A stretch of DNA of 62,857 bases, counting the filler, from Chiloscyllium plagiosum (Eukaryota), in NCBI RefSeq assembly GCF_004010195.1. It is 3 parts of one record of this genome, joined end to end, with 100 filler letters (N's around TTAATTAATTAA, not from the genome) between each part and the next. Parts side by side here need not be neighbours in the genome. Positions count along the whole stretch, not along the records: positions 1 to 28,844 come from NC_057716.1; 2 more parts are not named here. One strand, 5' to 3'. Positions 11,237 to 25,300 of the stretch are shown one piece after another. Positions within the stretch are counted from its first letter, which is position 1. Every line of letters starts with the position of its first letter. The position numbers were made by a program, and so were the translations under genes. The notes beneath the pieces are model-generated. The model saw nothing but the letters and a program-made list of their open reading frames with translations, ran no database searches and was not told the origin of the DNA.

Positions 11237-14062
11237 TCCTCGTGCCTGGGGCCATTCTCATGAACTGTCTTACAGAATGGGTATTTTTCACCTAAATAAC
11301 ATGGGACAGAATATTCTAGACCTCTGAGTAATGTGGACTGTGGTGGGATTTGGACAAGAAGTTCAGCAAGGCCAATCTTGACTTTGGGAGCATCTTGCTC
11401 AATCTTTTACACTTTTGCAAAGGAAGGCTATAGCAGCAAGGTTTGGTTCAGATTATATCTCAAGACTGTTGAGTGGACATCATGATGAACAGCATACCAA
11501 GTTGTCATTCAAATACGTTCACTGTCTGCCAGCTGCCTGCTTGGCAAATAACATAACCTGCATGTTCATTCAACCAAATGGCTCTGTTGGGGACTCATCT
11601 TCAGTTCAGTCAAGGAAAAACTGTTAATGCTCAGGGTTTGCCAGTATCATCAGTCATGGCACAGTCTGCACACAATCCAGGGGCTTGTCCATGTGGAGTG
11701 CTCCTGTTCAGGGAATTTATCCCTGTGCACTCTAGGAAGTGGGTAGTGATCAGTTCTGTAGAGCCAGTCCATGTAGTCAGAGAAATTGTTTTGTCAGTGA
11801 GGGAACTGTATGCATTGATTTACACAACAAATGGTTAGTTCTTAGAGAGTACTGAAAAATAAAGGAATCTTGGTGTGCAAGTCAATAGACAAGGTGGTGA
11901 AGAAGGCATATGGGATTTGCCAGGGAGTAGAAGAGAAAGAATGAGGAAGTCTTGTTGCAATTTCATAAAACATTGCTCAAAAGAGTAGGATCTATGATTG
12001 TTGGATGCTAAGGAGTTGAAGGAACAAAAAGATGAAGTAGTAATTTGTAAAGGCCAACCACATTTAATTTGCAATGATTTCATTGTCCACTTGCTGTGTA
12101 TGCAAAGCGAAGGTGCTTAGGGCTCAGTTGCAACATGTGGTTGCAAATTGAACTTGGTCAGTTCAGATGATTTTGAAGTTAGCAGCAATGACATTACAAA
12201 AGGCCATTCGAAGGTGAACAATAGTTTATGCAGTTCCAAGAGTGCCATGGGAGCCTCACAACATCACATCCTCATCTATTATGTAAGTGTAACAATAGTC
12301 TGTACTGATCATTTGATGGGGTCCGGATTAAGTATGGTGTCGGAGTGCTACCGGCACTCCCTTTTTAATGACATGGTGGTCACTCGGCCAACATGGAACC
12401 TTCACCATGCTGAGCCTGAAGGTGGATGGTTGATATAGACATATGTCCCCTGTTGTAAGGGTGCAGCGTGTTTCACCGTGTGCAGAAGCGTGCTCAGCTC
12501 TTAGCAGGATATGCCTACAATGACTCTTCCGAGATCTAAGAACCTTTGTCGCTCCTTCTGTTCCCAATGTAGATCATTTCCACCAAGAGTTCTGGGCCCT
12601 GCTGCTGGTGGCATGTTGGTCACTGTGGCTGCCTATCTAAGAAGGTGGATGCTGGTGGCAGGTCCAGGAGCAGCAGAAGGCCGGCATGATGGATGAGGAG
12701 CAGGAAGAGATTGCTGCTACAGGGCCCTTCAAGATGCATGGGGTGCGTAGGGGGCCAAGAGCTTTTCATTCTTGTCCTCCTGAGGGAGGGAGATAAAAAT
12801 GGAGATGTAAACTGGGTGTTCAGATAGGATGTGGCTAAGGACAGGTGAATGGTATGGCCTGCAGGTTAAGCAACAACTAGCATGAAAGAATAAAGTTGCA
12901 TGTATGAGGGAGTGCAGCACTGCTGGCCTTGTATCCTGCGCAGAGAGACTGCCACACAATGATGAGGGCAAGACCAGATTGCCATTGCTTTTCAGGGTGC
13001 ACAGTACTTTACAAAGATGGCACAGATGTGAATGATGCCAGTCTTTTGGAGGTAAATTCAATTTCTTCAAAACTAAGAAAAAACAAAGACCGTTGCTTTT
13101 GTTTCTCCTCACAATCCACAAGGATTAGTCTAGTAACTTTCATTGCACGCTCTCTATGAAAAGTGCATCCTTCCTTTGAAAAGAGACTGAAACTACACAC
13201 AAAACTCCAGTTGCTGTATACAATTGCAGCCATACAACTTTACTCAGTTACTCAAATTCCCTTGTGATAAAGGCCTTCATAACATTTGCCAGCTCAGATG
13301 CTTACTGCACGTGCATGCTAATTTTTAGTGACTTGTGAAGAAGGACACCTTGGTGCTTTTCGACAAGCCGCAGTTCCCAATCTCTCACTATTTAAGAATT
13401 GCTGTTTTTTCTTAGTCTCCGTACTGATGACCACAAAGCCATTGTTGATTATTGTTTAAAAAAAAACCCATCTGGTTTACTAATGCTCTTTAGGGAAGGA
13501 AATCTGTTGCCTTTACCCAATTTGACGTACGTATGACTCCAAATTCACAGCAATTGGGTAAATGATCTGAGAAGTGGCCTACCAGGCCAATTAGTTCAAG
13601 AGCTTTTAGAGCTTCAAGAGCTGTCATCAGCAAATTTGGAAATGTTGCATTGGCCCCCACATCCAAATGAATTATATAGATTGTGAGCAGCCATGGTCCC
13701 AGCATGGATCATTACAGTACTCCACTGTCAACAGCTGCCATCCTGACAGTCACCTCTTTATTCCTACTGTTTGTTTCTTTCTGCTAACTAATTCTCAATC
13801 TATAAAGTGTATAACATTGGAATTGTTTCATTTATGCCTTTGGGTATTTTTCTAAATTTTATTAACATTTGACATGTATAAATGGCATCTGTCACTGCGG
13901 ACAATACAGATATAAAATTTAGAACTTTCAACTGAATAATACATTATCAGTAATATAAAAAACTGTAGGAGACCAAATTGCACACAATATTTTATCAGTG
14001 GCCTAACAAATGTCCTGTACAGCTGCATCATGACTTCCCAACTCATATACTCAATGTTCTAA

Positions 14063-14520
14063 CTGAGGTTCAGAAAAGATTTACAAGTATGTTGCCAGTG
14101 TTGAAGGGTTTGAGCTATAGGCTGAATAGCTGGGGCTGTTTTTCCTGAACCGTCAGAGGCTGGGGGTGACCTTGTAGAGGTTTATAAAATCATGATAGGC
14201 TAAATTGACAAGGTCTTTTCCCTCGGGTGGGGGAGTCCAGAAATAGAGGGCATAGGTTTAGTGGAAAGATTTAAAAGTGACCTAAGGGTCAACTTTTTTG
14301 TGCAGAGGGTGGTGTGTGTGTGGAATGGGCTGTCAAAGGAAGTGGAGGCTGGTACAATTACAACGTTTAAAAGGCATCTGTATAGGTATATGAATAGGAA
14401 GGGTTTAGAGAGATATGGCCAAGTGCTGGAAAATGGGACTAGGTTGGTTTGGGTTATGTGGTCGTTATGGATAAGTTGGACCAAAGGGTCTGTTTCTGTG
14501 CTGTGCGTCTCTATGACTAT
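14063..14520 (+). mobile_element. CR1 LINE 3' end
   Basis: RFKSDLRVNFFVQRVVCVWNGLS; tail ctctatgacta. Confidence 0.88.
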
Positions 14521-14593
14521 TATCAATGGTATTAAATATTTTGTTTCTCTTTCTTCTCTAATATTGCACTGATGCTCTTTTATATATTAGAGG

Positions 14594-14605
14594 GCCATCT
14601 AGTGG
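14594..14605 (-). promoter_or_regulatory. Candidate CTCF motif in an ATF2 intron
   Basis: GCCATCTAGTGG (reverse complement CCACTAGATGGC) matches the CTCF core consensus; motif match only. Confidence 0.35.
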
Positions 14606-15376
14606 AAGTGAGGAAAATTGAAAGAGAGAGGCAAGTAAATTTGTTGTGATGGATTTCAGATTAAAACTGTATTGGTAGAATATGGCATGCAGGATTCATT
14701 TGAATATTTGGATGGAATCTTGCTGCGGCATTAAGCCCCTTTATGTCAATGGAAATGTTGACAACTTGTGAGATTTTGAGCTCAGATTTCTGTTTTGCAA
14801 TAAAAATATAACAATTAGCATCTAAGATCAAAATCATGTTGTGCAGGGATGTATGTCGGCACAAATATCAGAAGACATTATTGTCTGGTACAACTAGCTT
14901 ATTTTCAGTTTGCTAACCACTTTTGTTCTCTAATGCAGTTCTAGTGGTGATATTTGTTCACGTGGACCCTGTCCAAGTATCTAATTTACAATAGCAATAA
15001 TTTATTTTCTCAAACTTATTTTTTCCTTCTCTATGCTTGTATATTTTTCAGTAGGGGTTACTGGTGAGCAATCACATGAGGAAGCCCTGACTAATTTCCT
15101 TCTATCTTACCCACTCTAGCTCAGGAATACCCAGCATCTCTCCCATCCACCTAGCTGAAATCAAACCAGGTATAAAATTTTGGACAGTTTGTCTAATTTG
15201 CTAATTTACACCATATCCTCTCCAGATTTGGAAATAAACATATCAGTTTTACGTAGGGAACCTGTTAGGTCTGTCTGGCTCAGTTCCACAGTGAGGAGCT
15301 ATAGGTACCAAATGAGTTTAAATTTTGGATAACTGAGATTGTGCAATGAACTGATTGAATGGTGGTTTCATTTTAG

Positions 15377-15583
15377 GGCTCCCCAGGTCAGCCTACGCAA
15401 CAGATTCAGACCAGTGGTGGTAGAAGGAGGCGAGCAATGAATGAAGACCCAGATGAAAAAAGGCGGAAGTTTTTAGAGCGTAACCGAGCAGCTGCTTCAA
15501 GGTGCAGACAGAAGAGAAAAGTCTGGGTGCAGTCTCTTGAAAAGAAGGCAGAGGACCTCAGTTCAACAAATGTACAACTACAG
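15377..15583 (+). CDS. ATF2: ATF2 internal exon (basic region and start of leucine zipper), 207 nt, phase 0/0
   Basis: ttttag| acceptor and CAG|gtcagt donor. Translates [69 protein letters not shown], nearly identical to vertebrate ATF2 bZIP (AAASRC and [12 protein letters not shown] distinguish it from CREB5). Missed by the ORF track. Confidence 0.96.
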
Positions 15584-17617
15584 GTCAGTTGTAATATATT
15601 TTTCCATTTATGAAATTTACAAGGTAACGTAAATTCTATTCTTCACTTTCTTCTGGAATATTGTTTTGAAAATGTCTATTTGTCAAACAGAGAATTAACC
15701 CAAAGATTTAATATCAGTATTATTTTAGCTTCATTATTTGAAAGAAATGTGTTGGTTTATTCTGTCTTTATGTGGATACATGTAGACTCTACTTGAACTG
15801 ATATTAATGGATTTTGAAAATGCATTAACTTCTCTCAATCCTCCTTTGTATCTTAGCCAGAAGCAAAGTCGTTAAGCACACCACCCATTATGTCTTTTAC
15901 TGAAAATTGAATGTCAAAGAAATAATTAAACTGTACTTTGTATGAACCCATTAATCAATCTTGAGGTTCTTCTATAATTCCTCAGCTGACATTCAAGCAC
16001 AGATGATCAGTGTTGTAAGTTATAATGAAGTATCATTGCTTTTATGTTATTTTAAACGGTAAATCTAATGAGTGTGGAGGGTTGCCTTTGGACAGTAATA
16101 CAGTGAAGGACTTAGCTGTGTAAAAGAAAGCATTTTTTGATGTTTTCATAGGAACAACAACAGAATTTTTATTTTGAGAAGAGTCTCTAGCTTTTGATTG
16201 TTATATTCATTTTCTGTTTTAATTGTAAATACCAAGTTGATATTAGTTTGTAGCTGTATTTACTCTTCTACAGGACAACATATCTTTACAACCATAAATG
16301 AGATCTAACTTCTTTATAAGCTATATCAACACCTACCAACAGGACTGCATGTACACTTTTCATTGCTAGTGCTGTTTAATTTTTGCCATTAGTTGCAGAT
16401 GAATTGTTTACATTTATCCCTGACTCCTGTTCCCACCTTTTTCATTCACACTCCAATATTTCCTCCAATATAAATTTTCTCTACATGAGTAAAAATGCAA
16501 ATGACAAAATTGTTAGCTTTCCCCTAGCTAATTTGGAGCTATGCTATCCCCGAGACCATGTCATTTTCTCATTCGAAAATAACTGGTTACTCATTCATTC
16601 CTTTCAAAATATAGCTGCAGTATAAACTGTACAATAGGCTCATTATTTGCATGCTGCATTTGAACATGCAATTACAGAGCTATCCCACTCACATGCATTC
16701 TCCTCTGCTAACTCTACAACATAAATAATCATTAGTATAATGGAATATAAAAGCAAGCTACTAGTAAATCCTAAATTTTAATTTAAATGCTCTGGAAATC
16801 TGAAAAGTTACATACCACTGAATAAAAATTAGCAAACTTGAAATGAGAAATCAATTCGAGTTTGAGTTACAGTGTACTGAAATTTAAGGTTGAAAAGAGC
16901 TTGTGATTACTTTGGAAAGCTATTGTCTGTTCATTAACCAAATACTTATTTATTGTTACTTTAAGGTGGGGACAATATATACTATAATGTTTAAGATAGT
17001 CTTATAGTTAATAATTTGAACTTGAAAAAAAATTTAAATTTTAAATAAATACATGTGAAATGAAATTACCACTTTCGACATCCAACCTTTGCTCAGTAAT
17101 TGTGCATTTTCTACTCATCTACTTAATTTCCCAGTAAAAGGCACTCTGTCTACAAAACCACACATTATGTAGTGTTACATTGGCTACTGATCTTGGCTAT
17201 CTTTGTTTATTATTTGGTGACAATCTTGTATTAAAGCATGTTATTAAGCTGGTTGTCGTACTACATAATATTCTATACATTCCTTTGTTCAGAGCACCTC
17301 ATTAAGATTTTATTTATTAACTTTTGAAATAAACTTAAGATAATATTCTGCCTTCACAGTATGTTATGTGTATCAGCTTAGATGAAGGTTGAAAAAGATT
17401 TGCAACATTTGTGTAGACAAACCATTTTGACTCGTTGTTAGTACCTGTTTTCCTAAAGTTAGTTAAAGTAAGGCACCAAGCCTGTTTTGAGTATAGTTCA
17501 ATTATGCCAGATCTACCTTACTATAAAATATAAGAATACTTAAAGCTTTGCCCTCCTCTTGTGTTGGCTGCACTAGTGCTGATGCTTTTTTTTTTAAAGT
17601 TTTTCTTTGTTTCTTAG

Positions 17618-17723
17618 AATGAAGTCACCCTGCTGAGAAATGAAGTGGCTCAGCTGAAGCAGCTACTTCTGGCTCATAAAGATTGCCCTGTAACAGCCAT
17701 GCAGAAGAAATCTGGCTATCACA
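17618..17723 (+). CDS. ATF2: ATF2 penultimate coding exon (leucine zipper C-half), 106 nt, phase 0/1
   Basis: Polypyrimidine tract + ttcttag| acceptor; A|gtgagt donor. Translates NEVTLLRNEVAQLKQLLLAHKDCPVTAMQKKSGYH(+A), in frame with the previous exon. Confidence 0.96.
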
Positions 17724-19869
17724 GTGAGTAATGTTCCATTACCTATATCCCCAGGCTATTGAAATGAAATACTGCTGAAATGAACTAAGTTGGCAGTAAC
17801 AAGGAAGTGCAGTTGGTATTTAAAGTTAAATATTCAAAGTTCCATTAGGTTATTTTACTGCAACTGCAATTGTGTGTCTTTGTATATAAAATAAGGTGCT
17901 CATTTGTGGTTTGTAAAGTTTGTCAGGTACTCAATTTGTCTTCTATAAAGTTGGAATAAAGTTGTTGGATATAATTTTGTCTTAAAATTTTCTATTAGTA
18001 TTGCTATTAGTTTCACTGTTATTGTATTTTTAAAGTATAATTTGGTTATCCATATTCATTATATCCATGCTAAACAGATATTTTTGAAAAGTCCGAGATT
18101 GTGTTGACTGTTTTAGTAGACTTTTTTGATTAAACAATGGACAAATGTGGAGCACTAAATTGATCCACCTAGATAGCTTGACTTCCAGCAACTAGGTCCA
18201 GAGGCTTGACTTAGAGGTGCTGGTGTTGGACAGAGGACTAGAATAAAATTTACATGTATTTCACTGTTTAAAGTCTCCACTGATTATACAAATACTTTGT
18301 GTAGCATTCCCCTCATTATACTTAAAAATTAACATAGTAATACCCAAATACTCTAATTGTGGCTAAACGAGGTTGTATTAAGAAAGGAAAGGAACCATTT
18401 ACATTTTTGTAACACTTATCAGGTTGAAATTAAACCTTACTATTTCCATTTAAGAGGTAAAAAAGCAAATTTGTGATCCTAATGATGCATGAGAGATGCC
18501 TGACTCCATATTGGCATATAAATTGTTCTAATTGCTGAACTGTAATGTTTGATCAGAATATCATATATGATTTATTAAAATGTGACCACAGACATGAAAT
18601 ATTCTTTCCCCATCAATGAATAATGGAAAGAGCTGTTGTTGCAGCAGATTACACTGATTGCAATGAACTTCATTACTGTTGAATTCCTGTTTGAATGTGA
18701 CAGTAGAATAAAGATTGGGCTCTCAAATTATAGCAAAGAAAACTCTCTTCTGTTCAACACTATGGTCTGTACAATTTTGATCAGTATTGAAATGAATATT
18801 GACTGCAAATTTTGATAAGTACATTAAAATTTGACCTTTGAGAGAAAGCAATGATTTAAAGTGTACAAAGTGTGCAGAATCACAGTCAAATATTAGTATA
18901 ATATTTCATTATTATAATTTGTATAGTTTATTATGGCAATATATATTTCTTTCTCACATCTGCCATCACATCTGCCATCTTGTAAGAGCAGTGATTTAAT
19001 GGAGAGAGCTTTTTGATATTAGTTATGCTATTGGGTAAGTGATCCAGGTGTATGAATTAATAATCCAAAGAATATGAATTAAAATCCTACCAAGACAGTT
19101 TGTGAATTAGAATTCAATTTGAAATAAGAATAAATAAGTACATGTTACCATGAAGCATAAACCCAACTGATTCATGTAAAATGAAAACTACCACACACTT
19201 TCAAGTAAAGAATCAATACTCCTCCATGCTGAACATAGCCTGAACGTAGCATGGATGGTAACAAGTACAAAGAATCTACTCTGCAGGTTGAAGACATCAC
19301 CATCTGTTACCAATCATAAGCCAATGGTGTCTTCACTAACTGAGCAGTTGGTTGTCTAAAAGGACATATCTACCAAGATGGTCTTCTAACAGTTAGTGAA
19401 ATAATCTACATGTGGAAATAACATTGACCTCATCCTCACTAACCCATCTGGAAATCATGACCATACTAAATGCGATGGACTAAGTGTAGATACAACTCAA
19501 CACATGCACACATGGCATTGTGGGCCATCAGCAACAAAACTGCATTACACTTGGTCTGTAACTACGTAGCGTGTCATATCCGTCACTGCTCCATCCCCAT
19601 TATAGCAAGCGACGAACAATTTAAATCTTTGTTTGAGAATGGAAAGAAAAGATGGTGAGTTGTGGGTCTTTGGAATTCCTTCGCATGGAGAGCTGTGGGG
19701 TAGCGTCCTTATGTAAATTTAAGGTTGAGATCGATTCTTGATCTGTTTGGGAATCAGGGTTTATGAAGAAAGGGCAGGAAAGAGGATGTAAAGAATATTG
19801 AATCAGCCAGGATTCCATTGAATGTGAACGCCTACTAATGTTCCTGTTTCTTATGGTGACTCTTATTAA

Positions 19870-22800
19870 TGGATCAGGTGTACTGAAGAGAGAGATCACC
19901 TTAGTTCAGAAGACCAAGATGTAGAATCAGTTTGGGCGGAGATAAGAAATAGCAAAGGGAAGAAGTCGCTTGTGAGAGTAGTTTATGCATCCCTAACAAT
20001 AGGTAAGTGAGTCAGAGACACAAAAAAAGGGACATGTAAGAAATGTGCTGTTATAATCTTGAGAGTTCAATCTTCATATAGGTTGGAAAAAAATTGACAA
20101 AGATAGCCTAAGTGATGAGTTTATTATTTTGAATTTATTGAAAAAGGAAAGGAGACAAAAAGCATCTATCATTGGGAAAATGTTAGTGTCTGTTATAAAG
20201 AATGGAATAACAAAATCTTTAAAAATACATAATTTAATCAAGCAGAATCAGCGTGGCTTCATGATTGGGAAGTCATGTTTGACAAATGTATTTGATCTTA
20301 CAAGAAGATGATAGAAAGGAAACAGTGGATGGTAATATATTTGCATTTCTGACAGGCATTCCATAAGGTCTGCACAAAGTCTACTTAATACAATAGGAGC
20401 TAATGGAGTTGTGGTAGAATATTAGCATGAATAGATGATTGGCTAACTAACCGGAGATAGAGAGTTATGATAAAATGGGGGATAGAGTATTTTCAGGGGT
20501 TGATACCCTACAACTAGTAGAGTGCCATTAGGACTAATGCTGGGGCCACAATTATTTACAACATATATTAGTGCCTAGGGTGAGGGAAGTAAATGTGCTA
20601 TCACTAAGTTTGCAGATCACACAAAAATAGGTGGGAACGCAAATGGTGGGGAGAATACACAGTACTTGCTTCGGGATATAGACAGATAAAATGAGTAGGC
20701 AAAAACTTGGCAAATGGAATATAATATAAGACAATATGATTATGTACCTTGGCAGGAAGAATAGAAGAGTAGACTATTATGTAAGTAGAGTTATAGAGCG
20801 TATATTCAGGACTTTAGGCCCACTATGCCTGTGCTGATGAACAAGCACTGAAGTATTCTAATCCCAATGACCTGTACTTGGTCCACTGCTTACTGTCTAT
20901 GCCTGTCATAATTTTGTATACTTCTGTCAAATCCCCCTTCTACCTACTGTCCTCCAAAGAAAACAAACACAGCCTATCCAGTCTCTCCTCATACAACTGA
21001 GAATTTTTATCTCAGACAACATCCTGGTGAATTTCCTCTGCACCCTGTCCAGTACAATCATGACCTTCTGTTCGTGTGGCCACCAGAATTCTCTCAGTTT
21101 TCCATCTGTGGCCTAACCAATGCTTTATAAAGTTGCAACAAGACTTCCTTGCTTCTGTATTCTACTCTCTGACTAATGAGAGCAACCATTTGCCATTCTA
21201 TCGACCTGAGCTGACAGTTACAGGGGTATTTAGACATGTACACCAAGGTCCCTTTGTTCCTCAATATTCCTGCAAGACCTGCCATTCACTGTTTATATGA
21301 TTCCCTTATAAGACCTCCCAAAATGCTTCACCTTGCAATTATCAGGATTAAATTCGATCTCCATTCTTCTGCCCAATTTATTATCTGATCAATATCAGAT
21401 TGTAGCCTGAGACCATTCATCTATCGATGGCTCAGTGGTTAACACAGTGCCAAGGGCTCAGGTTTGATTCTATGTTCAGGCAACTGTGTGGAGTTTGCAC
21501 ATTTTCCACATATCTGTGTGGGTTTCTTCCATGTGCTCTGATTTCATCCCACTGTCCAAACGATGCGCAGAGTATCAACAAAACGCCCAAGTTTTGTGTC
21601 ATCTGCAAACTTTTAAGCTAATTAATTAAACTAATTAAACCTCTACATTCACATCCAAGTCAGGTGTGTCATTTTATCTGTCTATTTCCCAAAGCAGGCA
21701 CTTTGTGTTATCCCCATTTGCCTTCCCACCTACTTTTGTGTTGATTTGTTAATATACACAACAAACAGCAAGCGTCCCAGCACCAATCTCTGTGGTACAC
21801 TGTTGGTCACAGGCTTCCAATTACAAATACAACCCTTCACCACTACCCTTTGTCTCCTCAGATTAAAACAAGTCAGCATGGATTTAGTAAGGGGAGGTCA
21901 TGCCTGACAAAACTGTGAGAATTCTTTGAAGAGGTAACAAGTAGTTTAGACCAGCAAAGCCCAATGGATGTTATCTATCTGGACTTAGAAAAGGCCTTTG
22001 ATAAGGCGCCTCACAGGAGGCTGCTGAATAAGATGAGGGCCCATGGTGTTCGAGGTGAGCTACTTGCATGGATTGAGGATTGGCTGTCTGATAGAAGGCA
22101 GAGAGTTGGGATAAAAGATTCTTTTTCAGAATGGCAGCTCATGAAAAGTGGTGTCCCGCAGGATTCATTGTTTGACTAGCACTTGTTCATTTTATATATT
22201 AATGATCTGGATGAAGGGACTGGGGGCATTCTGGCGAAGTTTGCTGATGATACCAAGTTAGGCGGACAGGCAGGTAATTTTGAGGAGGTGGGGAGGCTGC
22301 AGAAAGATTTAGACAGGTTAGGAGAGTGGTCCAGGAAATGGGTGATGAAATTCAATGTGAGCAAATGCGAGGTCTTCCACTTTGGGAAAAAAAGAATACA
22401 GGCGTGTACTATTTTCTAAAATTCATAAAGCCAAAGCACAAAGGGAGTGCTAATCCAGGACTCGCTAAAGGTTGACTTACAGGTTAAGTCCGTGGTTAAG
22501 AAAGCAAATGTAATGTTATTTATCTCAAGAGGGTTGGAATATAAAAGCAGTGATGTGCTACTGAGACTTTATGAAGCTCTAGTTAGGCCCCCTTTAGGAT
22601 ACTGTGTCCAATTTTGGGCCCCATACCTCAGAAAGGACATACGGGCACTGGAACGTATCCAGCGGAGATTCACATGGATGATCCCTGGAATGATAGGCCT
22701 AACGTATGATGGACGACTGACAATCCTGGGATTGTATTCATTAGAGTTTAGAAGGTTGAGGTGAGATCTAATAGAAACTTACAACATCATGCATGGATTA

Positions 22801-24440
22801 GAAAGGGTGGATGCTGGGAATGTGTTTCCATTAGGTGGGGAGACCAGGACTAGTGGACACAGCCTTAGATTTAGAGGGGATCAATTTAGAACAGAAATGA
22901 GGAGACATTTCTTCAGCCAGAGAGTGGTGGGCCTGTGGAATTCATTGCCATGGAGCGCAGTGGAGGTCGGGACGTTAAATGTCTTTAAGGCAGAGATTGA
23001 TAAATTCTTGATCTTGCAAGGAATTAAGGGCTACAGAGAGAGTGCGGGTAAGTGGAGTTGAAATGCCCGTTAGCTATGATTGAATGGCGGAGTGGACTCG
23101 ATGGGCCGAATGGCCTTACTTACACTCCTATGTCTTATGGTCTTTGTAAACCAATTTTGGATCCTTTCTTGGATCCCATAGGTTCTTACCTATTGGACCA
23201 GTTTTCCATGTGGACCTTGTCAAAGGCCTCTCTGAAGTCCATGTAACCACATCAATTGCACGAGCTTCATCAATACGTTTGGTCACCTTTTTAAAAAAAC
23301 TTCAATTAAGTTAGTCAGACAGGATCTCCCTCTACAAATCCATGCTGACTATCTTTGATCGATCCCTGCCTTTCCAAGTATTGATTAATCTTGTCCATTA
23401 GAATGCTTTCCAATAATTTCCCTAACACTGACATCAGGCTAACTGGTCTGTAATTACCTGGCCTATCCTTGCTGTCCTTTTGAATAAAGGATCTACATTA
23501 TTTATCCTCCAGCCATCCAGCACTTCACCCGTTGCCAGTGAAGTTTTAAATATATTCGCCAGTGCCCCAGCAATCTCCTCCTTTGCCTCCCATGGCATAC
23601 ATGGGATACATCTCATCATAGCCTGGGGGTTTATGCACCTTATGGCCATTAAAACATCTAATACCTCCTCCTTTTTAATCTTAACATGCTCTAGATCCTC
23701 ACCATCCCAATATTTATCCCTGGCTGCAATGATGAAGGACTGCCAAAAGCTGCAGCACAGAGGGGTTTGGGGGTGGATGTGCATGAATCACAAAACACTC
23801 GTGTATGTGTGGAGCAGATAATAAGGAAGGCAAGTGAAATCTTTTATTTCAAATGGAAGGGATAGTGGAATGGAGTATAAAATTAACAAAGTCTTGTGCA
23901 ATCTATACAAGGCACTAGTCAAAATACTGTGAACAGTTTTAGTCCCCCGATCTAAGATATATTAGCATTGGAGGCAGTTCAAGGAAGGTTCATTATGTTG
24001 ATTCCAGTTATGGAGGGACTATCTTTATTAGGAAAGGTTGAGTAGTTTGAGCTTGTACTTATTTAAGTTTAAAATAATGAGAGAAGAATGGTGTTATTGA
24101 AACAAAATGGTTCTTAGAAGATTCAGCATGGTAGATATGGAGAGGTACTTCCTACTTTTAGGAGCCTCTGAGCAGAAGGTATAACCTCGTCATGGGGTCA
24201 TCCATTTAATACAGAGATGAGAAGGATTTCTTCTCAGGGCAGTGAATCTGTGGATTTCCTTACCATAGAGAGCTGTAGAGGCTGGTTCGTTAAGGATATT
24301 CACAAATGAGATAGACAGATTTATAATCACAAAGAGAATCAAGGATAAGGGGGGGACAAAGCAGGAAAGTGAAATTGAGGATTATTAGATAAACCATGAG
24401 CCCATTGAATGACCTACTTCTACTCCTATGTCTATGGTTT
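19870..24440 (+). mobile_element. Three-level nest of CR1 LINEs: old + strand host, - strand insert (~20790-21860 and 23144-23730), younger + strand insert (~21861-23143)
   Basis: RT motifs on alternating strands: QNQRGFMIGKSCLTN (+), KEVLLQLYKALVRP (-), DLEKAFD/KFADDTKL...RHFFSQRVVGLWNSLP (+), EEIAGALANIFKTSLATGEV (-); host RT resumes at ~23731. Confidence 0.8.
21427..21570 (+). mobile_element. Degenerate HE1/V-SINE fragment
   Basis: tggctcagtggttaacac A-box; V-domain gtgtggagtttgcacatt. Confidence 0.75.
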
Positions 24441-25032
24441 TAAGGCTCTACCAAAACAAAGGCACAGGTTTAATTCCTGATTGTGCTTTTCACACTATCT
24501 GACCTGTATGACATAGCAGAACTTAAGCACATCTTTTTGTATTTCTGGCCAGTAAACATGTTTTAGTACAGTATTGGGTCTTTTTCTGAATAGTTAAGAA
24601 CACATCATTGGAATTTTGGGAGCCACTCATATAATTTTGTTACAATACTCAGATGGAACTACCACCTGATTGCCTACTCTCTATCTCTAATCAATTGATA
24701 TTTGAGGTGGTCTCAATTTCCTCATTAATAATTGCAAAAAATATGACTTAGCTATTCGTTCTTATTCAGTTTGAGTATGTTGTTTGGTATAGCTGTCTGA
24801 ATTTAGAACCTATTTATTGCATTTCTAATAGAGAAGATGGGCTAAACAGGCCAGCCTTACTCCCCTTTTTCCCCCATTCATTCTTATTTAAAATTTCAAA
24901 AGATTGTTTCTGATTACTGAATTTCCACATCATCGCTTGTTTTCATAGACTCCTCTTCTTCCTGACCAATTCTATACACGTAAGATTTAGTCACAACACA
25001 GTTAGGAAAGAACTCAGACTGGCAGTAAGGCA

Positions 25033-25300
25033 GCGGCATGGTGGCTAAGTGGTTAGCACTGCTGCCTCACAGCGCCAGGGACCCGGGTTCAATTCCTGCC
25101 TCGGGTAACTGTCTGTGTGGCGTTTGTACATTCTCCCTGTGTCTGCATGGGTTTCCTCTCACAGTCCAAAGATGTGCAGGTTAGGTGAATTGGCCATGCT
25201 AAATTGCCCACAGTGTGAAATGTATTAGTCAGGGTAAATACAGAGTAGGGGATTGGGTGTGGGTGGGTTGGTGTGGACTTGTTGGGCTGAAGGGCTGTAC
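25033..25300 (+). mobile_element. HE1-type tRNA-derived V-SINE
   Basis: A-box tggctaagtgg, B-box ggttcaattcc, V-domain, CR1-like tail gggctgaagggc. Confidence 0.88.

Noticed and set aside
25033..25110. tRNA gene
   Set aside because: A/B boxes continue into the V-domain and a LINE-like tail, so it is a SINE head; the same applies to the other copies.
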